From IMG/VR virus record IMGVR_UViG_3300012347_000374, positions 1 through 37,837 of that record: a stretch of 37,837 bases of DNA; one strand, written 5' to 3'. Positions within the stretch are counted from its first letter, which is position 1. The number at the start of each line of letters is the position of its first letter. The position numbers and the translations under genes were made by a program. Of this stretch, positions 1 through 8,285 are shown piece by piece. This DNA comes from a virus (Duplodnaviria; Caudoviricetes). The notes under the pieces were generated by a model. It had not been told where the DNA came from. It did no database searches and worked only from the letters and a program-made list of their open reading frames with translations.

Positions 1-9
1 GCCATTGGT

Positions 10-16
10 AGTACCT
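10..16 (-). other. Putative cosQ-like packaging termination element (AGGTACT); cosN probably lies just outside the window
   Basis: Minus strand CCCCCCGGCAAAGGTACT directly after the gpZ-like gene resembles lambda cosQ (GGGTCCT); the other window end lies immediately upstream of terS. Confidence 0.45.
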
Positions 17-37
17 TTGCCGGGGGGTGGTAGATGG

Positions 38-607
38 TTAAGCATTGCGTGCATTGAACCGGTCTGTATAAAACTTTGCCTCACGAGCAAACAACTCAGG
101 GAACTTTGTCTCCATCATGCGCACCACAACGCTGTTGATGCGCTTGGTGTTGAACATCTGAGCAACGTCAATGGTTTGCAGTGCTTTGATTGGCAGGCGT
201 TGCTTACCCTCGCGAATCATCAGCGTGCGCCCGTTATTGATGAGGAATGAGCCAGGTATGAGCATTCGTGGACCATTGCGCTTGACCTTGAACGTCACGC
301 CCTTGCGCGTGGTGCGTGGTTGGAAGTTGGCAAGGTTCAGGCTTCGGCCACGCTTGGCTGGTGACTCAAGACTGGCTTCGAGCTTCAACCATCCAGCGTT
401 GGCCACGGCACGATTGACACGCAATGCAGCGCTGACCTTTGATGCAGTGATGACAAACTCTTGGCGTATCTCACGGCTCATGGCCGTCTTGGCTTGCGCT
501 GTGGTGGTGTTGAGTGCGCGTGCTGTCGCCTGCTTGGCCACATCGTCACGCATGGTGTCGAGCATCTTGGCCACGCTTGGAAAGTTGGTAGAAATGCTCA
601 GTTGCAT
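38..607 (-). CDS. Phage minor tail / tail completion protein (lambda gpZ-like)
   Basis: Basic 189 aa protein with ARALNxT motif and the G(S/A)F...R.G..RLPI motif typical of Minor_tail_Z proteins. Confidence 0.75.
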   Translation of the reverse strand: MQLSISTNFPSVAKMLDTMRDDVAKQATARALNTTTAQAKTAMSREIRQEFVITASKVSAALRVNRAVANAGWLKLEASLESPAKRGRSLNLANFQPRTTRKGVTFKVKRNGPRMLIPGSFLINNGRTLMIREGKQRLPIKALQTIDVAQMFNTKRINSVVVRMMETKFPELFAREAKFYTDRFNARNA

Positions 608-617
608 ACAGCCTCCA

Positions 618-833
618 TCACTTCAAGCCCACCATGTCGAGCGCCACTTGGTTGAGCACAGCTTGGCGCGTGGGCGCTTCTTTGCATCGGCCAATCGCGG
701 CCAGTAGCACTGATGCCATGCGTTTGCTTGGGTGCGCTGTGGCCACCAGCCGTGCGCAGCATTGCACGCAGTGGAAGTTGTAGACCCCACTGTGTGGCAG
801 TCGTTTGGATGATTCGCATTGCACGCATTTCAC
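618..833 (-). CDS. Hypothetical Cys-rich (Zn-binding) phage protein
   Basis: CxxC and CxxCC motifs; ATGA overlap with dnaB stop. Confidence 0.65.
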   Translation of the reverse strand: MKCVQCESSKRLPHSGVYNFHCVQCCARLVATAHPSKRMASVLLAAIGRCKEAPTRQAVLNQVALDMVGLK

Positions 834-2185
834 GGCGCCTCTCTTTTAAATTTCTGCATTGATGTGGGCGCTTGGCCGCTCCAGTTGTCGAAGCGGGTTT
901 GGTTGCCTTGGTAAAACATGTTGAACACACCGCATGGGCCATTGCGGTTCTTGGCCACTGAGGCTTTAGCGTAGTGGTCCCACTCTTGGCTCAGCTCGGG
1001 CTTGGCTTGCTTTGGGCGGTGGACAAAAATCACCACATCAGCGTCTTGCTCAATCGCGCCGCTGTCGCGCAGGTCTGACAGGTTTGGCATGGCATCGATG
1101 CGTTCTTCCACTTTGCGGTTGACCTGTGCCAAGCACACCACCGCAATGTCGAGCTCTTTGGCCAAGGTCTTCAAGCCGCGGCTGATTTCTTCAAGCTGAT
1201 AGGCGCGTGGTGCGCGTGCATCTAGGCCGGACATCAGGCCGATGTAGTCCACAGCCAACACATTCAGGCCATGCAGGCGCTTGATCGCACGCGCCTTACT
1301 GCGCACTTGGTTAATGTTGAGGTTGCCTTGGTCGCTCACGTAGAAGTTGAGCGCCTTCGACTTCTCTGCGCCTTCCAGCACCTTGTCCCACTCAAGGCCA
1401 TTGCCACGGCTTGGGCGCTTGACAGAAGACAGGCTCACGCGGCCCAACATGGCCGTCATACGATCGCGCACCTCGCTGTGCGGCATTTCCATGCTCAGCA
1501 TGGCCACCGAGTAGTCGCCCGCCATGCCAAGGCCAATGGTCATACCCAGCGCCGTCTTTCCCATCGAGGGCCGCGCACCCACGATCACCAGTTGCCCAGG
1601 TCGCAGACCACCCTCAAGGATGTTGTCCAAATCGGTCAAGCCTGTGGGCCATGCGTTGGTCTTACCCTCTGCACGCTCCTCAAGCACAGACATGTGCGTC
1701 ATCATCGACTCAAACGCGCCCACCCAATCATCGCGTGGCGCTTCGTCGATCAGCTTCACCAGTTGACCTTGGGCGCACTCCACGCGGTCTTCGATGCTGC
1801 GTGTGTGGTCGTTGGCCAGATCGGTGATTTCTGTGCTGACCTGCAACAGCGCACGGCTTTTGTGGCGCTCAATCACCAGCTCGGCATAGCGGCGAATGTT
1901 GGCCGCGCTTGGCACGTATTGCGCGATCTCATTCAGCTCGGCCAGCGTGACCTTGCCCGTCAACGCCATGCCCACCGTCAGCACATCGGCCAAGTGGCCG
2001 GTGGAGATTTGACGGGTCAGCTCGGCAAAAATATCGCGGTGCTGTTCAACGTAAAAATGCTCGGCCCGCAGCTTGTCGCTGATGCGGTCAAAGGCTTGAT
2101 TGTCAAGCAGCAATGCGCCCAGCAAACCCATTTCGGCGTCGATGCCTGCCAGCGCATCGGCTTCGCGCAAGGTGGTGGCGTTCAT
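830..2185 (-). CDS. dnaB: Replicative DNA helicase DnaB
   Basis: Walker A GARPSMGKT, SMEM, VDYIGL, LAQVNR, LRDSGAIEQDAD, KNRNG motifs. Confidence 0.97.
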   Translation of the reverse strand: MNATTLREADALAGIDAEMGLLGALLLDNQAFDRISDKLRAEHFYVEQHRDIFAELTRQISTGHLADVLTVGMALTGKVTLAELNEIAQYVPSAANIRRYAELVIERHKSRALLQVSTEITDLANDHTRSIEDRVECAQGQLVKLIDEAPRDDWVGAFESMMTHMSVLEERAEGKTNAWPTGLTDLDNILEGGLRPGQLVIVGARPSMGKTALGMTIGLGMAGDYSVAMLSMEMPHSEVRDRMTAMLGRVSLSSVKRPSRGNGLEWDKVLEGAEKSKALNFYVSDQGNLNINQVRSKARAIKRLHGLNVLAVDYIGLMSGLDARAPRAYQLEEISRGLKTLAKELDIAVVCLAQVNRKVEERIDAMPNLSDLRDSGAIEQDADVVIFVHRPKQAKPELSQEWDHYAKASVAKNRNGPCGVFNMFYQGNQTRFDNWSGQAPTSMQKFKREAP

Positions 2186-2973
2186 GCGGCCACCTTCATT
2201 TCCTTGTGGAAGTTGCCCGACAGCACCTTCTCAAAATTCTCAGCCTTCACCAGCCACGCCATGTTGCAGGCAAATTCGGTTTTGCGGCCCGTGAGGAAAT
2301 CGCTTTCGGCCACGTATCCGAAATATCGATCAAACCACGCCACCGCATCCTCTGCCGTTTGCGCATAACGCTCACCGCTCGACTTCTTGGCCGTCATCAC
2401 CCATCGCCACCTTTGCGCAAGTGCCTTTGCGTTTTTACCGCTACGCCAAAGCTCAAGGCGTGGCTTTGGTAGCTCAGGCATGTGCTTGGCAAACAAGCCA
2501 ATGATGACCTCATGCGGACAGTCGGCAATCTTCGGTTCATCCGAAGTTGACGAAGAAGCGTTAGCTTCTTTAATATGGTTATTGGTTAATGGTTCTTGGT
2601 TAGGGTTTTTTTGGCTTTCATTTGGGTTTTCAGTGGGTTTCGTTTGGGTTTTCTTCGGCCTTCCACCTAGCTTCCCGTTGGTACGGTTTTTCTCTGCAAG
2701 GCCGTGGTAGCCTGCAATTTCAGTGTCACAACGTGTTTGGTGGTAGCCGTCATCGCCCAAAATAAAGAAGTCTTCAAGCACATTTTTGAGTGATTGAATA
2801 TCCGACTCAGAAACCAAACGTAACCGCCTAATAACCACTTGGGTTTCTTTGGGTATTGGCTTTTCATCCAAGTAATACCAGTCGATCAATTGGCGATAAA
2901 TGCCGTGCTCAAGCGTCGAAAGGTGCGCAGTGTCCTTTCGATAATCTCCGATGTTGTGCGAGTAGTAGTGCAT
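2182..2973 (-). CDS. Replication initiator, YdaU/DUF1376 family
   Basis: N-terminal MHYYSHNIGDY...HLS.LEHGIY signature, NGKLGGRPKK linker, C-terminal WLVK.ENF.KVL.GNF; directly upstream of dnaB. Confidence 0.85.
   Translation of the reverse strand: MHYYSHNIGDYRKDTAHLSTLEHGIYRQLIDWYYLDEKPIPKETQVVIRRLRLVSESDIQSLKNVLEDFFILGDDGYHQTRCDTEIAGYHGLAEKNRTNGKLGGRPKKTQTKPTENPNESQKNPNQEPLTNNHIKEANASSSTSDEPKIADCPHEVIIGLFAKHMPELPKPRLELWRSGKNAKALAQRWRWVMTAKKSSGERYAQTAEDAVAWFDRYFGYVAESDFLTGRKTEFACNMAWLVKAENFEKVLSGNFHKEMKVAA
2598..2653. repeat. Iteron array / putative replication origin inside the initiator gene
   Basis: About five ~11-bp-phased units on the minus strand: GAAAACCCAAA, CGAAACCCACT, GAAAACCCAAA, TGAAAGCCAAA, AAAACCCTAAC, followed by an AT-rich AACCA run; same position as the lambda O iterons. 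Confidence 0.7.
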
Positions 2974-3179
2974 CAGCCACCCACCGTTTCAGATGGAATC
3001 TCGGTGTAAAGGCCCTTTTTCTCTAGGGCAAACTTCAAAAATGAAATGAGATCACCGCAATTTCCATCACTCCAGTGCGCACATGGGCCAACTGTGTCTG
3101 CAATCTCAAGGCACAGCTCTTCGCACTTGCCCCATGCGGCCATTACAGCATCTGATTTATGGGTTTCAACTTTATTCAT
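2973..3179 (-). CDS. Hypothetical protein
   Basis: ORF with TGATG coupling to the initiator; start placed at MNKVETH (uncertain). Confidence 0.6.
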   Translation of the reverse strand: MNKVETHKSDAVMAAWGKCEELCLEIADTVGPCAHWSDGNCGDLISFLKFALEKKGLYTEIPSETVGG

Positions 3180-3210
3180 AGCGTTCTTCCATGTCTCCAA
3201 AAAATGAACA

Positions 3211-3266
3211 TCCGGCAGGCGTGGAGCTCGCTTTTCGCTTGGGGAGCAACCCCCAAGCTAGCCGGA
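3211..3266 (-). ncRNA. Candidate structured cis RNA element (three-way junction) upstream of replication genes
   Basis: TCCGGC/GCCGGA closing stem, GCTTGGGG/CCCCAAGC 8-bp stem, GAAAA linker, short GCG/CGC stem; fills the intergenic gap. Confidence 0.55.
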
Positions 3267-3276
3267 GTCAAAAACA

Positions 3277-3609
3277 TCAAGCGCACAAACGCGCCTGCTT
3301 CAAAGGAATAAACACCGGATGCACATTGCGCTTTGAAACGCTGCACACTCGGGTATCAATGCGACGCTCAAGGCGTTGCGCTGCGATCAGGTTGCTCACG
3401 CGGGCGCTCACTCGGTTGAGGTCGATGCGCTTATCGTGGATGTGCTCATACAGGTCGCGGATTTCGGTCAGGCTCATGTCTTGAGCGCCGCGCTCGATGC
3501 CTACGCGTACCACTTCATATATCTCATTCAGCGACTTGGCCATGCCTTTGACACCCACAGCCTTGAGGCTTGCACTTTGGGTATCAATCGTGTCAACTAC
3601 TGCGTTCAT
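3277..3609 (-). CDS. Hypothetical winged-helix-like DNA-binding protein
   Basis: MSLTEI...VSARVSNLI HTH-like segment; ATGA overlap with cII. Confidence 0.65.
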   Translation of the reverse strand: MNAVVDTIDTQSASLKAVGVKGMAKSLNEIYEVVRVGIERGAQDMSLTEIRDLYEHIHDKRIDLNRVSARVSNLIAAQRLERRIDTRVCSVSKRNVHPVFIPLKQARLCA

Positions 3610-3914
3610 TCGTCACCCCATAAAAGTTCGATCGGGTTATTGATTCGCTGCATGGCAGCCTCGTAAAGCGTCACCATGGCCAGCGCTTTGGCTGGGTCGA
3701 GGCACTTGTATCTAGCTGGCACAACCTTCAAGCCACACGCTGCAATGAGCTTGCAAATGGCGTCGATCTGGCCATCCTTCATGCGACTCAAGGTGCTTTC
3801 TGATGTACCAGCCAACACAGCCACCTTTGATTGGCCCAGCTCTGAAAGCGCGACTAATATTTGCCGCTCGCTCTTTCGTGCCATTTCGTTCACAGAGGCG
3901 CAAACTTCATTCAT
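3606..3914 (-). CDS. cII: CII-family transcriptional activator
   Basis: ARKSERQIL..L...GQ.KVA...G.SESTLSRMK and GLKVVP match lambda CII family; downstream of cro; start placed at MNEVC. Confidence 0.85.
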   Translation of the reverse strand: MNEVCASVNEMARKSERQILVALSELGQSKVAVLAGTSESTLSRMKDGQIDAICKLIAACGLKVVPARYKCLDPAKALAMVTLYEAAMQRINNPIELLWGDE

Positions 3915-4001
3915 GAACTGACCCCTTCGCCAAATTGGTGGCCGTGGTCGCATTCATAGAATCGAAGCCCCTCAGCAACAAAACTACGAAAGGCCACGGC
4001 C

Positions 4002-4328
4002 ATGAACTTAGAAAACGAAATCAGGCAGCTCAAAGCCTCCAACCATGTGCTCACGCACATGCTCAGCGCCGTGTTGGCGCAGCACGAAGCTGAGGGGCTG
4101 CTGAATGTGGGTGTCATGCTGGACGCTTTCCGCACGAACATGCTGCGCACCGTGCATGGCAGCAACAACAGCAACAACGTGGGCGACAACCCACACATGC
4201 AGGAGCTGTTGGCTGTGGAGCAGCTGTATCAGCCGGTGTTGGACCAGCTTGGTCATTGGGTGCATGAGGCGAAACGCCAAGGCGGTCTTGACGACCAAAG
4301 TCTGGGCGCATGGCCAGCACGCGATTGA
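4002..4328 (+). CDS. Hypothetical helical protein, antisense to the cro-cII operon
   Basis: 108 aa ORF with AAAGG upstream and protein-like composition; fills the cro-cII gap. Confidence 0.55.
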   Translation: MNLENEIRQLKASNHVLTHMLSAVLAQHEAEGLLNVGVMLDAFRTNMLRTVHGSNNSNNVGDNPHMQELLAVEQLYQPVLDQLGHWVHEAKRQGGLDDQSLGAWPARD

Positions 4329-4346
4329 GTAACTTGTCGATCAGCT

Positions 4347-4598
4347 TCATGCCGCAGCCTTTTGTTGTGTGCCAGGTGATGGCAGCTCTGGCCAAAACTT
4401 TTGCCACTCGTTTGGGCAAAGGTCTTGACGCTTAACAGCACCACCCGTGAAAAGCTCGATGGCCAACGCATGAGCAACTGGCACAGGCTTCTTGCCCGTA
4501 ATCCATTCGTTGATGTTTGGCGGTTGAAGTGACAGATGACGCGCAAGTGCAGCACTGCGGCCTCTTTCCCCCTTCAACCATTCTTTTAATGTGTCCAT
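4347..4598 (-). CDS. cro: Cro-like repressor (YdaS family HTH)
   Basis: ALARHL...PPNINEW..GKKPVP...A.AIE..TGGAV.R.DL.P..W..FWPEL; divergent from the repressor. Confidence 0.88.
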   Translation of the reverse strand: MDTLKEWLKGERGRSAALARHLSLQPPNINEWITGKKPVPVAHALAIELFTGGAVKRQDLCPNEWQKFWPELPSPGTQQKAAA

Positions 4599-4605
4599 GG
4601 CCGTC

Positions 4606-4634
4606 ATATTACGCCAAGCGCAATACGTTGTCAA
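4606..4634 (-). promoter_or_regulatory. PR-like sigma70 promoter for cro
   Basis: TTGACA (4634-4629), 17 bp spacer, TAATAT (4611-4606). Confidence 0.85.
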
Positions 4635-4673
4635 TAGCCACGGCGGAATTTTCTTTTTTACTCTGAGCGTATC
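4608..4673. promoter_or_regulatory. Three 17-bp OR-like operators (consensus ATTACGC-N3-GCGTAAT)
   Basis: ATTACGCCAAGCGCAAT 4608-4624, AATAGCCACGGCGGAAT 4633-4649, TTTACTCTGAGCGTATC 4657-4673; 24-25 bp spacing as in lambda OR. Confidence 0.8.
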
Positions 4674-4683
4674 CAATCAACCT

Positions 4684-5076
4684 ATGCAAACCATTTCAGA
4701 AACAAGACGGCAAAGACTGTCCATGCTCATTGAGAAATACGGCTCTATTGCGGCCATGAATGAGGCCATCGGCCTAACCCGAACCGATGCAACGCTGTCT
4801 CAAATTCGCAACCAATCCGTCCACCACACCACCAAAACCCCCAGAACCATGGGCGACCCTATGGCAAGGAAAATCGAGGAAGCGCTGGGCCTTGAGCAAG
4901 GCTGGATGGACACACCGCCAACTTATGCGGAGCTGCAAGGCGAAGACGACCCACGGGCCAAACTAGAGTCCATGATTCGCGCTATGGAGCCAAGCCAGCT
5001 CTATGTGGCCACCAAACTGCTTGAGGCACTGGGCAAAACAAGCCAAAACGCTGACGACGACAAAATGGTTGCATAA
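4684..5076 (+). CDS. Phage repressor (CI-like HTH, 130 aa, no S24 peptidase domain)
   Basis: RR.RL..LI...GS.A...LSQI...MGD.MARKIEEALGL..GWMD is typical of Betaproteobacterial phage repressors; divergent from cro. Confidence 0.85.
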   Translation: MQTISETRRQRLSMLIEKYGSIAAMNEAIGLTRTDATLSQIRNQSVHHTTKTPRTMGDPMARKIEEALGLEQGWMDTPPTYAELQGEDDPRAKLESMIRAMEPSQLYVATKLLEALGKTSQNADDDKMVA

Positions 5077-5121
5077 GTTCTCATTTTTCATTACGCTACG
5101 TATAATTTTTAACGTAAAGGA

Positions 5122-5625
5122 ATGAAAATGAGGGCTTTAAAAGCGGCAGTTTTTGCCATGGTGTGCGTTGTTTTTACAGGCTGCGCGTCCACCAACTACT
5201 CAAAAAACCCAAACCCAGCCACCATCACTGAATACTGGCTGAGAAGCGCTCCAGCCACATGGGAAGGCGTGAAGGTTTTTAGAATCAATGACGTCGAATA
5301 TGGCTACGTCCACGACAGCAACGGAGAAACCTATACAACCGACCACGGCAAAACAGAGATTCAGGTTTGGTTTACAGGTCGAGAAGCCACCGATTCATTT
5401 GGCGAAATGCCCAAACAAACAGACTTGGCAGACCTAAGCGCAACTTTAGAGCCCAACGGCGAGTACCACCTTGACATCGCAAAAGACGCGGGCCTCATAA
5501 AAATCAGCCTGGTCAACACAAAAACAAACATCACCGTTGCATCGACAAACCCACTCAAAACCGTGAGAAGGCGACCCGTGATGGATAGAACAACGGTTTT
5601 ACCGCTACCTATACCGGCCAAGTAA
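5122..5625 (+). CDS. Lipoprotein in the immunity region (possible superinfection exclusion)
   Basis: Signal peptide with lipobox-like FTGC; TATAAT at 5101 and AAAGGA RBS; lower GC; function inferred from position only. Confidence 0.65.
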   Translation: MKMRALKAAVFAMVCVVFTGCASTNYSKNPNPATITEYWLRSAPATWEGVKVFRINDVEYGYVHDSNGETYTTDHGKTEIQVWFTGREATDSFGEMPKQTDLADLSATLEPNGEYHLDIAKDAGLIKISLVNTKTNITVASTNPLKTVRRRPVMDRTTVLPLPIPAK

Positions 5626-5636
5626 AAACAACACAT

Positions 5637-5660
5637 AAACCCGCCAAGGCGGGTTTTTTT
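5637..5660 (+). terminator. Rho-independent terminator
   Basis: AAACCCGCC-AA-GGCGGGTTT followed by a T run. Confidence 0.9.
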
Positions 5661-5677
5661 ACGTCTGGTGAAAAATA

Positions 5678-5722
5678 TTTACGCTTGGGCTATTGACAGA
5701 CCATTACACCTAGCGTAATAAT
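5678..5722 (+). promoter_or_regulatory. PL-like promoter flanked by two 17-bp OL-like operators
   Basis: TTGACA 5693-5698 and TAATAAT 5716-5722; operators TTTACGCTTGGGCTATT 5678-5694 and ATTACACCTAGCGTAAT 5703-5719. Confidence 0.8.
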
Positions 5723-5764
5723 CCAACCACACACCGCAAATGCTCGGTGTAGTTGGAGCAAACC

Positions 5765-5923
5765 ATGAAGTCACCAGCCAAACAATTCCGCATCAAGGTC
5801 AAGACCCCCACGGCCACGACCGTCATCACCGCCATTTGCCCCTCTGCCACCGAGGCATGGGACGCAGCTTGGGGCATCGCCGGTGAACAGCCAGCCAGCA
5901 TCAGCGTACAGGTGCTGGCATGA
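5765..5923 (+). CDS. Small hypothetical protein (52 aa, absent from ORF track), first gene of early operon
   Basis: GGAG RBS, ATG 5765, MKSPAKQFRIKVKT...SVQVLA, ATGA overlap with next gene. Confidence 0.7.
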   Translation: MKSPAKQFRIKVKTPTATTVITAICPSATEAWDAAWGIAGEQPASISVQVLA

Positions 5924-6162
5924 CCCGTCTACCTCAACACCTACTCACCACCGCCAAAGTCGCCATGCGCACCCTTGGCGCAGCCGTGGGCCTGTTTGTC
6001 GTCTTGTCTGTGTGGCTCACCCTTGACGCCCTCACTCACATGAACGACCGCCCATTCACCCCGCAATGCGTCCAAGCCACGCAATGCGTGCAGGTGAACC
6101 AGTGCATCAAAAGCGTCAACGACTACTGCACCGCCACAGGCGACGAAGGGGTGAAGCTATGA
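5920..6162 (+). CDS. Hypothetical membrane protein
   Basis: One hydrophobic segment, QCVQ repeats, ATGA overlaps on both sides. Confidence 0.7.
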   Translation: MTRLPQHLLTTAKVAMRTLGAAVGLFVVLSVWLTLDALTHMNDRPFTPQCVQATQCVQVNQCIKSVNDYCTATGDEGVKL

Positions 6163-6476
6163 AAGCCACAGGAATTTTGTTTTTAAACCGCACACGCCCC
6201 ACCGCTGGCCTCAATGCCGGTGGCGAGTTTGAGCTGGTGCTCAGCGCCCTGCACCGCATCAGCGCCCGCCAAGCCGAACTGTGGCAAGTGCGATACATCG
6301 GCCAACGCGCCAAAGAGTGGTGGGACGCCTGCGGCGCAGCGCTTGTGCCAGGTCAACCCATCGCAGTCAGCGCCAAAGACATGCGCGTGTATAGCAATGG
6401 CCGCCCTGTGATTGAGGCGATTGCCGAGAGCGTGGTGATTGCGCCGCGCAGTTACTTGGTGGAGGTGGGGGCATGA
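6159..6476 (+). CDS. Hypothetical protein, possible OB-fold/SSB-like
   Basis: Start MKATGIL with ATGA overlap; WQVRYIG..A...L.PGQPI.V pattern resembles OB folds. Confidence 0.6.
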   Translation: MKATGILFLNRTRPTAGLNAGGEFELVLSALHRISARQAELWQVRYIGQRAKEWWDACGAALVPGQPIAVSAKDMRVYSNGRPVIEAIAESVVIAPRSYLVEVGA

Positions 6477-6670
6477 GCGACCAACACTTTAAATTCATTG
6501 AGTACAACCATCGACGCGCCATGCGTGGAGCCGCCGCAGCGCGTGTCGAAGTAGACACCGATGGCGAATGGCTATGGATGACACCGAGCGACATTTGGAA
6601 AAACATGAAAAGTTTTGGGGCACACCCTGAACTGCAAAAGGCGCTTGACGCTTACAAGGCCGCCGCATGA
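6473..6670 (+). CDS. Hypothetical protein
   Basis: GGAGG RBS; ATGA overlaps. Confidence 0.7.
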   Translation: MSDQHFKFIEYNHRRAMRGAAAARVEVDTDGEWLWMTPSDIWKNMKSFGAHPELQKALDAYKAAA

Positions 6671-6867
6671 TCGTCTCAATCGACAAACTCCAACGCGAAG
6701 CGCAGCAGGCGGCACAAAGGTATCAATCAGCCAATGACGCCTGCCCATATCCGTTTGGCACAGAAGCGGCCAACGTGTTTTGCGCGTTCTTTCATTCCAT
6801 CAAAAAAGCCGATGCGCTCGTTCCAGCCATCGAGGCAGAGCTGATTGCCGAAGGGGTGCTGGCATGA
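6667..6867 (+). CDS. Hypothetical protein (CPY motif)
   Basis: ACPYPFGTEAA..F motif seen in small phage early proteins; ATGA overlaps. Confidence 0.7.
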   Translation: MIVSIDKLQREAQQAAQRYQSANDACPYPFGTEAANVFCAFFHSIKKADALVPAIEAELIAEGVLA

Positions 6868-7130
6868 CACCCACGCTCAACGCCGCCTACCTGTTCATCA
6901 GCACCTTTGTGTTGGTGTTTTGCCTTGGCCTGCAAAGCCAATTTGTAAATAACGGGCTTTATGTGGACGCATTCATCAACTCGCTGGCCATCGGCTCTGC
7001 CAACTTGGTCCTGTTCAAGCTGGCCCCCGAAGCCAGCGGCGCAGAAATAGTGGCCTATTTGACCGGCGGGCCATTCGGCATTGTGGCCAGCATGTACGCA
7101 TTCAGACGATTCAAAGGGAACCAACCATGA
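6864..7130 (+). CDS. Small multi-pass membrane protein
   Basis: Start MTPTLNAA; about three hydrophobic segments; ATGA overlaps. Confidence 0.7.
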   Translation: MTPTLNAAYLFISTFVLVFCLGLQSQFVNNGLYVDAFINSLAIGSANLVLFKLAPEASGAEIVAYLTGGPFGIVASMYAFRRFKGNQP

Positions 7131-7642
7131 ACCAAACCAACACTCACGGCCTGCGCAAACCGCGCCGCCCTAAATACCAACTGTCGCCCGACACCATGCT
7201 CATTGCCATGCGCGGGGCCAGCAAGCTCAGCATTGACGAAGTGGCGCAAATCACCGCGCCCATCACCGCTGCGTTTACCCAACTTCGCCGCGCACAGGCC
7301 ACCATGCTCGATTGGTCGGTGCTGGCTGGCAGCATCACGCTGGCATTGCGCATCGAGGCGCAGGGCGTGGTGCGCGGGCTGGACGAGCACTTGCAAAGCG
7401 CCGCCGCCGCCCTTCAAAAAGTACATGACCGCGCCATGCTATCTGGCCAGTGGCGCTGCACCTGCCTGTATGCCGCAGAGCTGGAAGCCATCGACACCGG
7501 CCTTGACCTGCACCGCTATCAGCTAGAGCAACTCAGCCAAAGTGAGCTAGTGCGTGCGCTTGAATCAGCCGAGGGCGATGTGCGCAGCAATCGCGGTGTT
7601 GTGGTGAATCGGCGGGAGCTTGAGGTGGGGGTGGCGGCATGA
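7127..7642 (+). CDS. Hypothetical phage protein
   Basis: 171 aa helical ORF, translationally coupled on both sides. Confidence 0.75.
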   Translation: MNQTNTHGLRKPRRPKYQLSPDTMLIAMRGASKLSIDEVAQITAPITAAFTQLRRAQATMLDWSVLAGSITLALRIEAQGVVRGLDEHLQSAAAALQKVHDRAMLSGQWRCTCLYAAELEAIDTGLDLHRYQLEQLSQSELVRALESAEGDVRSNRGVVVNRRELEVGVAA

Positions 7643-8043
7643 AAGATTATTTAATTGCTCACATCGGCCACACAGGTAAAAGCGACGAACACATCACTTG
7701 GTGGAAACCAGACAGCCGAGGTTATACGGTCTGCATCGAGAAGGCTGGTCTATACGACGAAGCCGAAGCGCGAAGCATTTGCAGCATTGGCCTTTGCATT
7801 GCGGTCCCCAAGTCGGTTGCGGCCCCATTGGCACGCACCACCCCGTATTACCGCCGCGCTGATGGCTCGCTGAATAAGCTCTATGACGGCGGGCCACACT
7901 CAGTAGTTCCCAACGACTTGCAAGCGTGGAAGAAGCTGCTATCAGGTCGCCTTGGACGCTGCGCCCATCCCGACAAGCCCACTCCAATCGGAGCCAAGGC
8001 CCGCGCCATCTACATCGACGGCATAGCAACGGGGGCCGCATGA
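7639..8043 (+). CDS. Hypothetical phage protein (WW.P...GYT...AG.Y motif)
   Basis: GAGGTG RBS, ATGA overlaps, motif recurrent in phage early genes. Confidence 0.7.
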   Translation: MKDYLIAHIGHTGKSDEHITWWKPDSRGYTVCIEKAGLYDEAEARSICSIGLCIAVPKSVAAPLARTTPYYRRADGSLNKLYDGGPHSVVPNDLQAWKKLLSGRLGRCAHPDKPTPIGAKARAIYIDGIATGAA

Positions 8044-8285
8044 ACATGAACGCTTTCCACCCCGCCTACGTGCAAACTCACATGCCCGAGTTCATGGCCA
8101 ACTTTCGCCGCGAAAGCCACGCCATCACCGAAGGCAAAAAAGCCGCTGCACGACCACGCAAAACCCGCGAATCAGCAGGCCAACACCAAGCCGCGCCGTT
8201 GAGCAGCTTTCCAAAAACAAAGAAAGCCAGCATCAACCTTGAGCCGCGCCAGTACTACACATACAGCAAGGCGGGTGCCAAATGA
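8040..8285 (+). CDS. Hypothetical protein
   Basis: Start MNMNAFHPAY; ATGA overlaps. Confidence 0.65.
   Translation: MNMNAFHPAYVQTHMPEFMANFRRESHAITEGKKAAARPRKTRESAGQHQAAPLSSFPKTKKASINLEPRQYYTYSKAGAK

Noticed and set aside
1271-2368. 365 aa plus-strand ORF and similar long antisense ORFs (22279-23627, 24498-25310, 28102-28974, 29372-30133)
   Set aside because: Shadow frames of well-supported minus-strand genes in GC-rich DNA; no motifs or RBS
3211-3266. Hammerhead ribozyme or terminator
   Set aside because: Has GAAA but lacks CUGANGA; no U-tract after the stems
5658-5674. Third OL operator TTTACGTCTGGTGAAAA
   Set aside because: Poor match to consensus and off-register spacing (20 bp)
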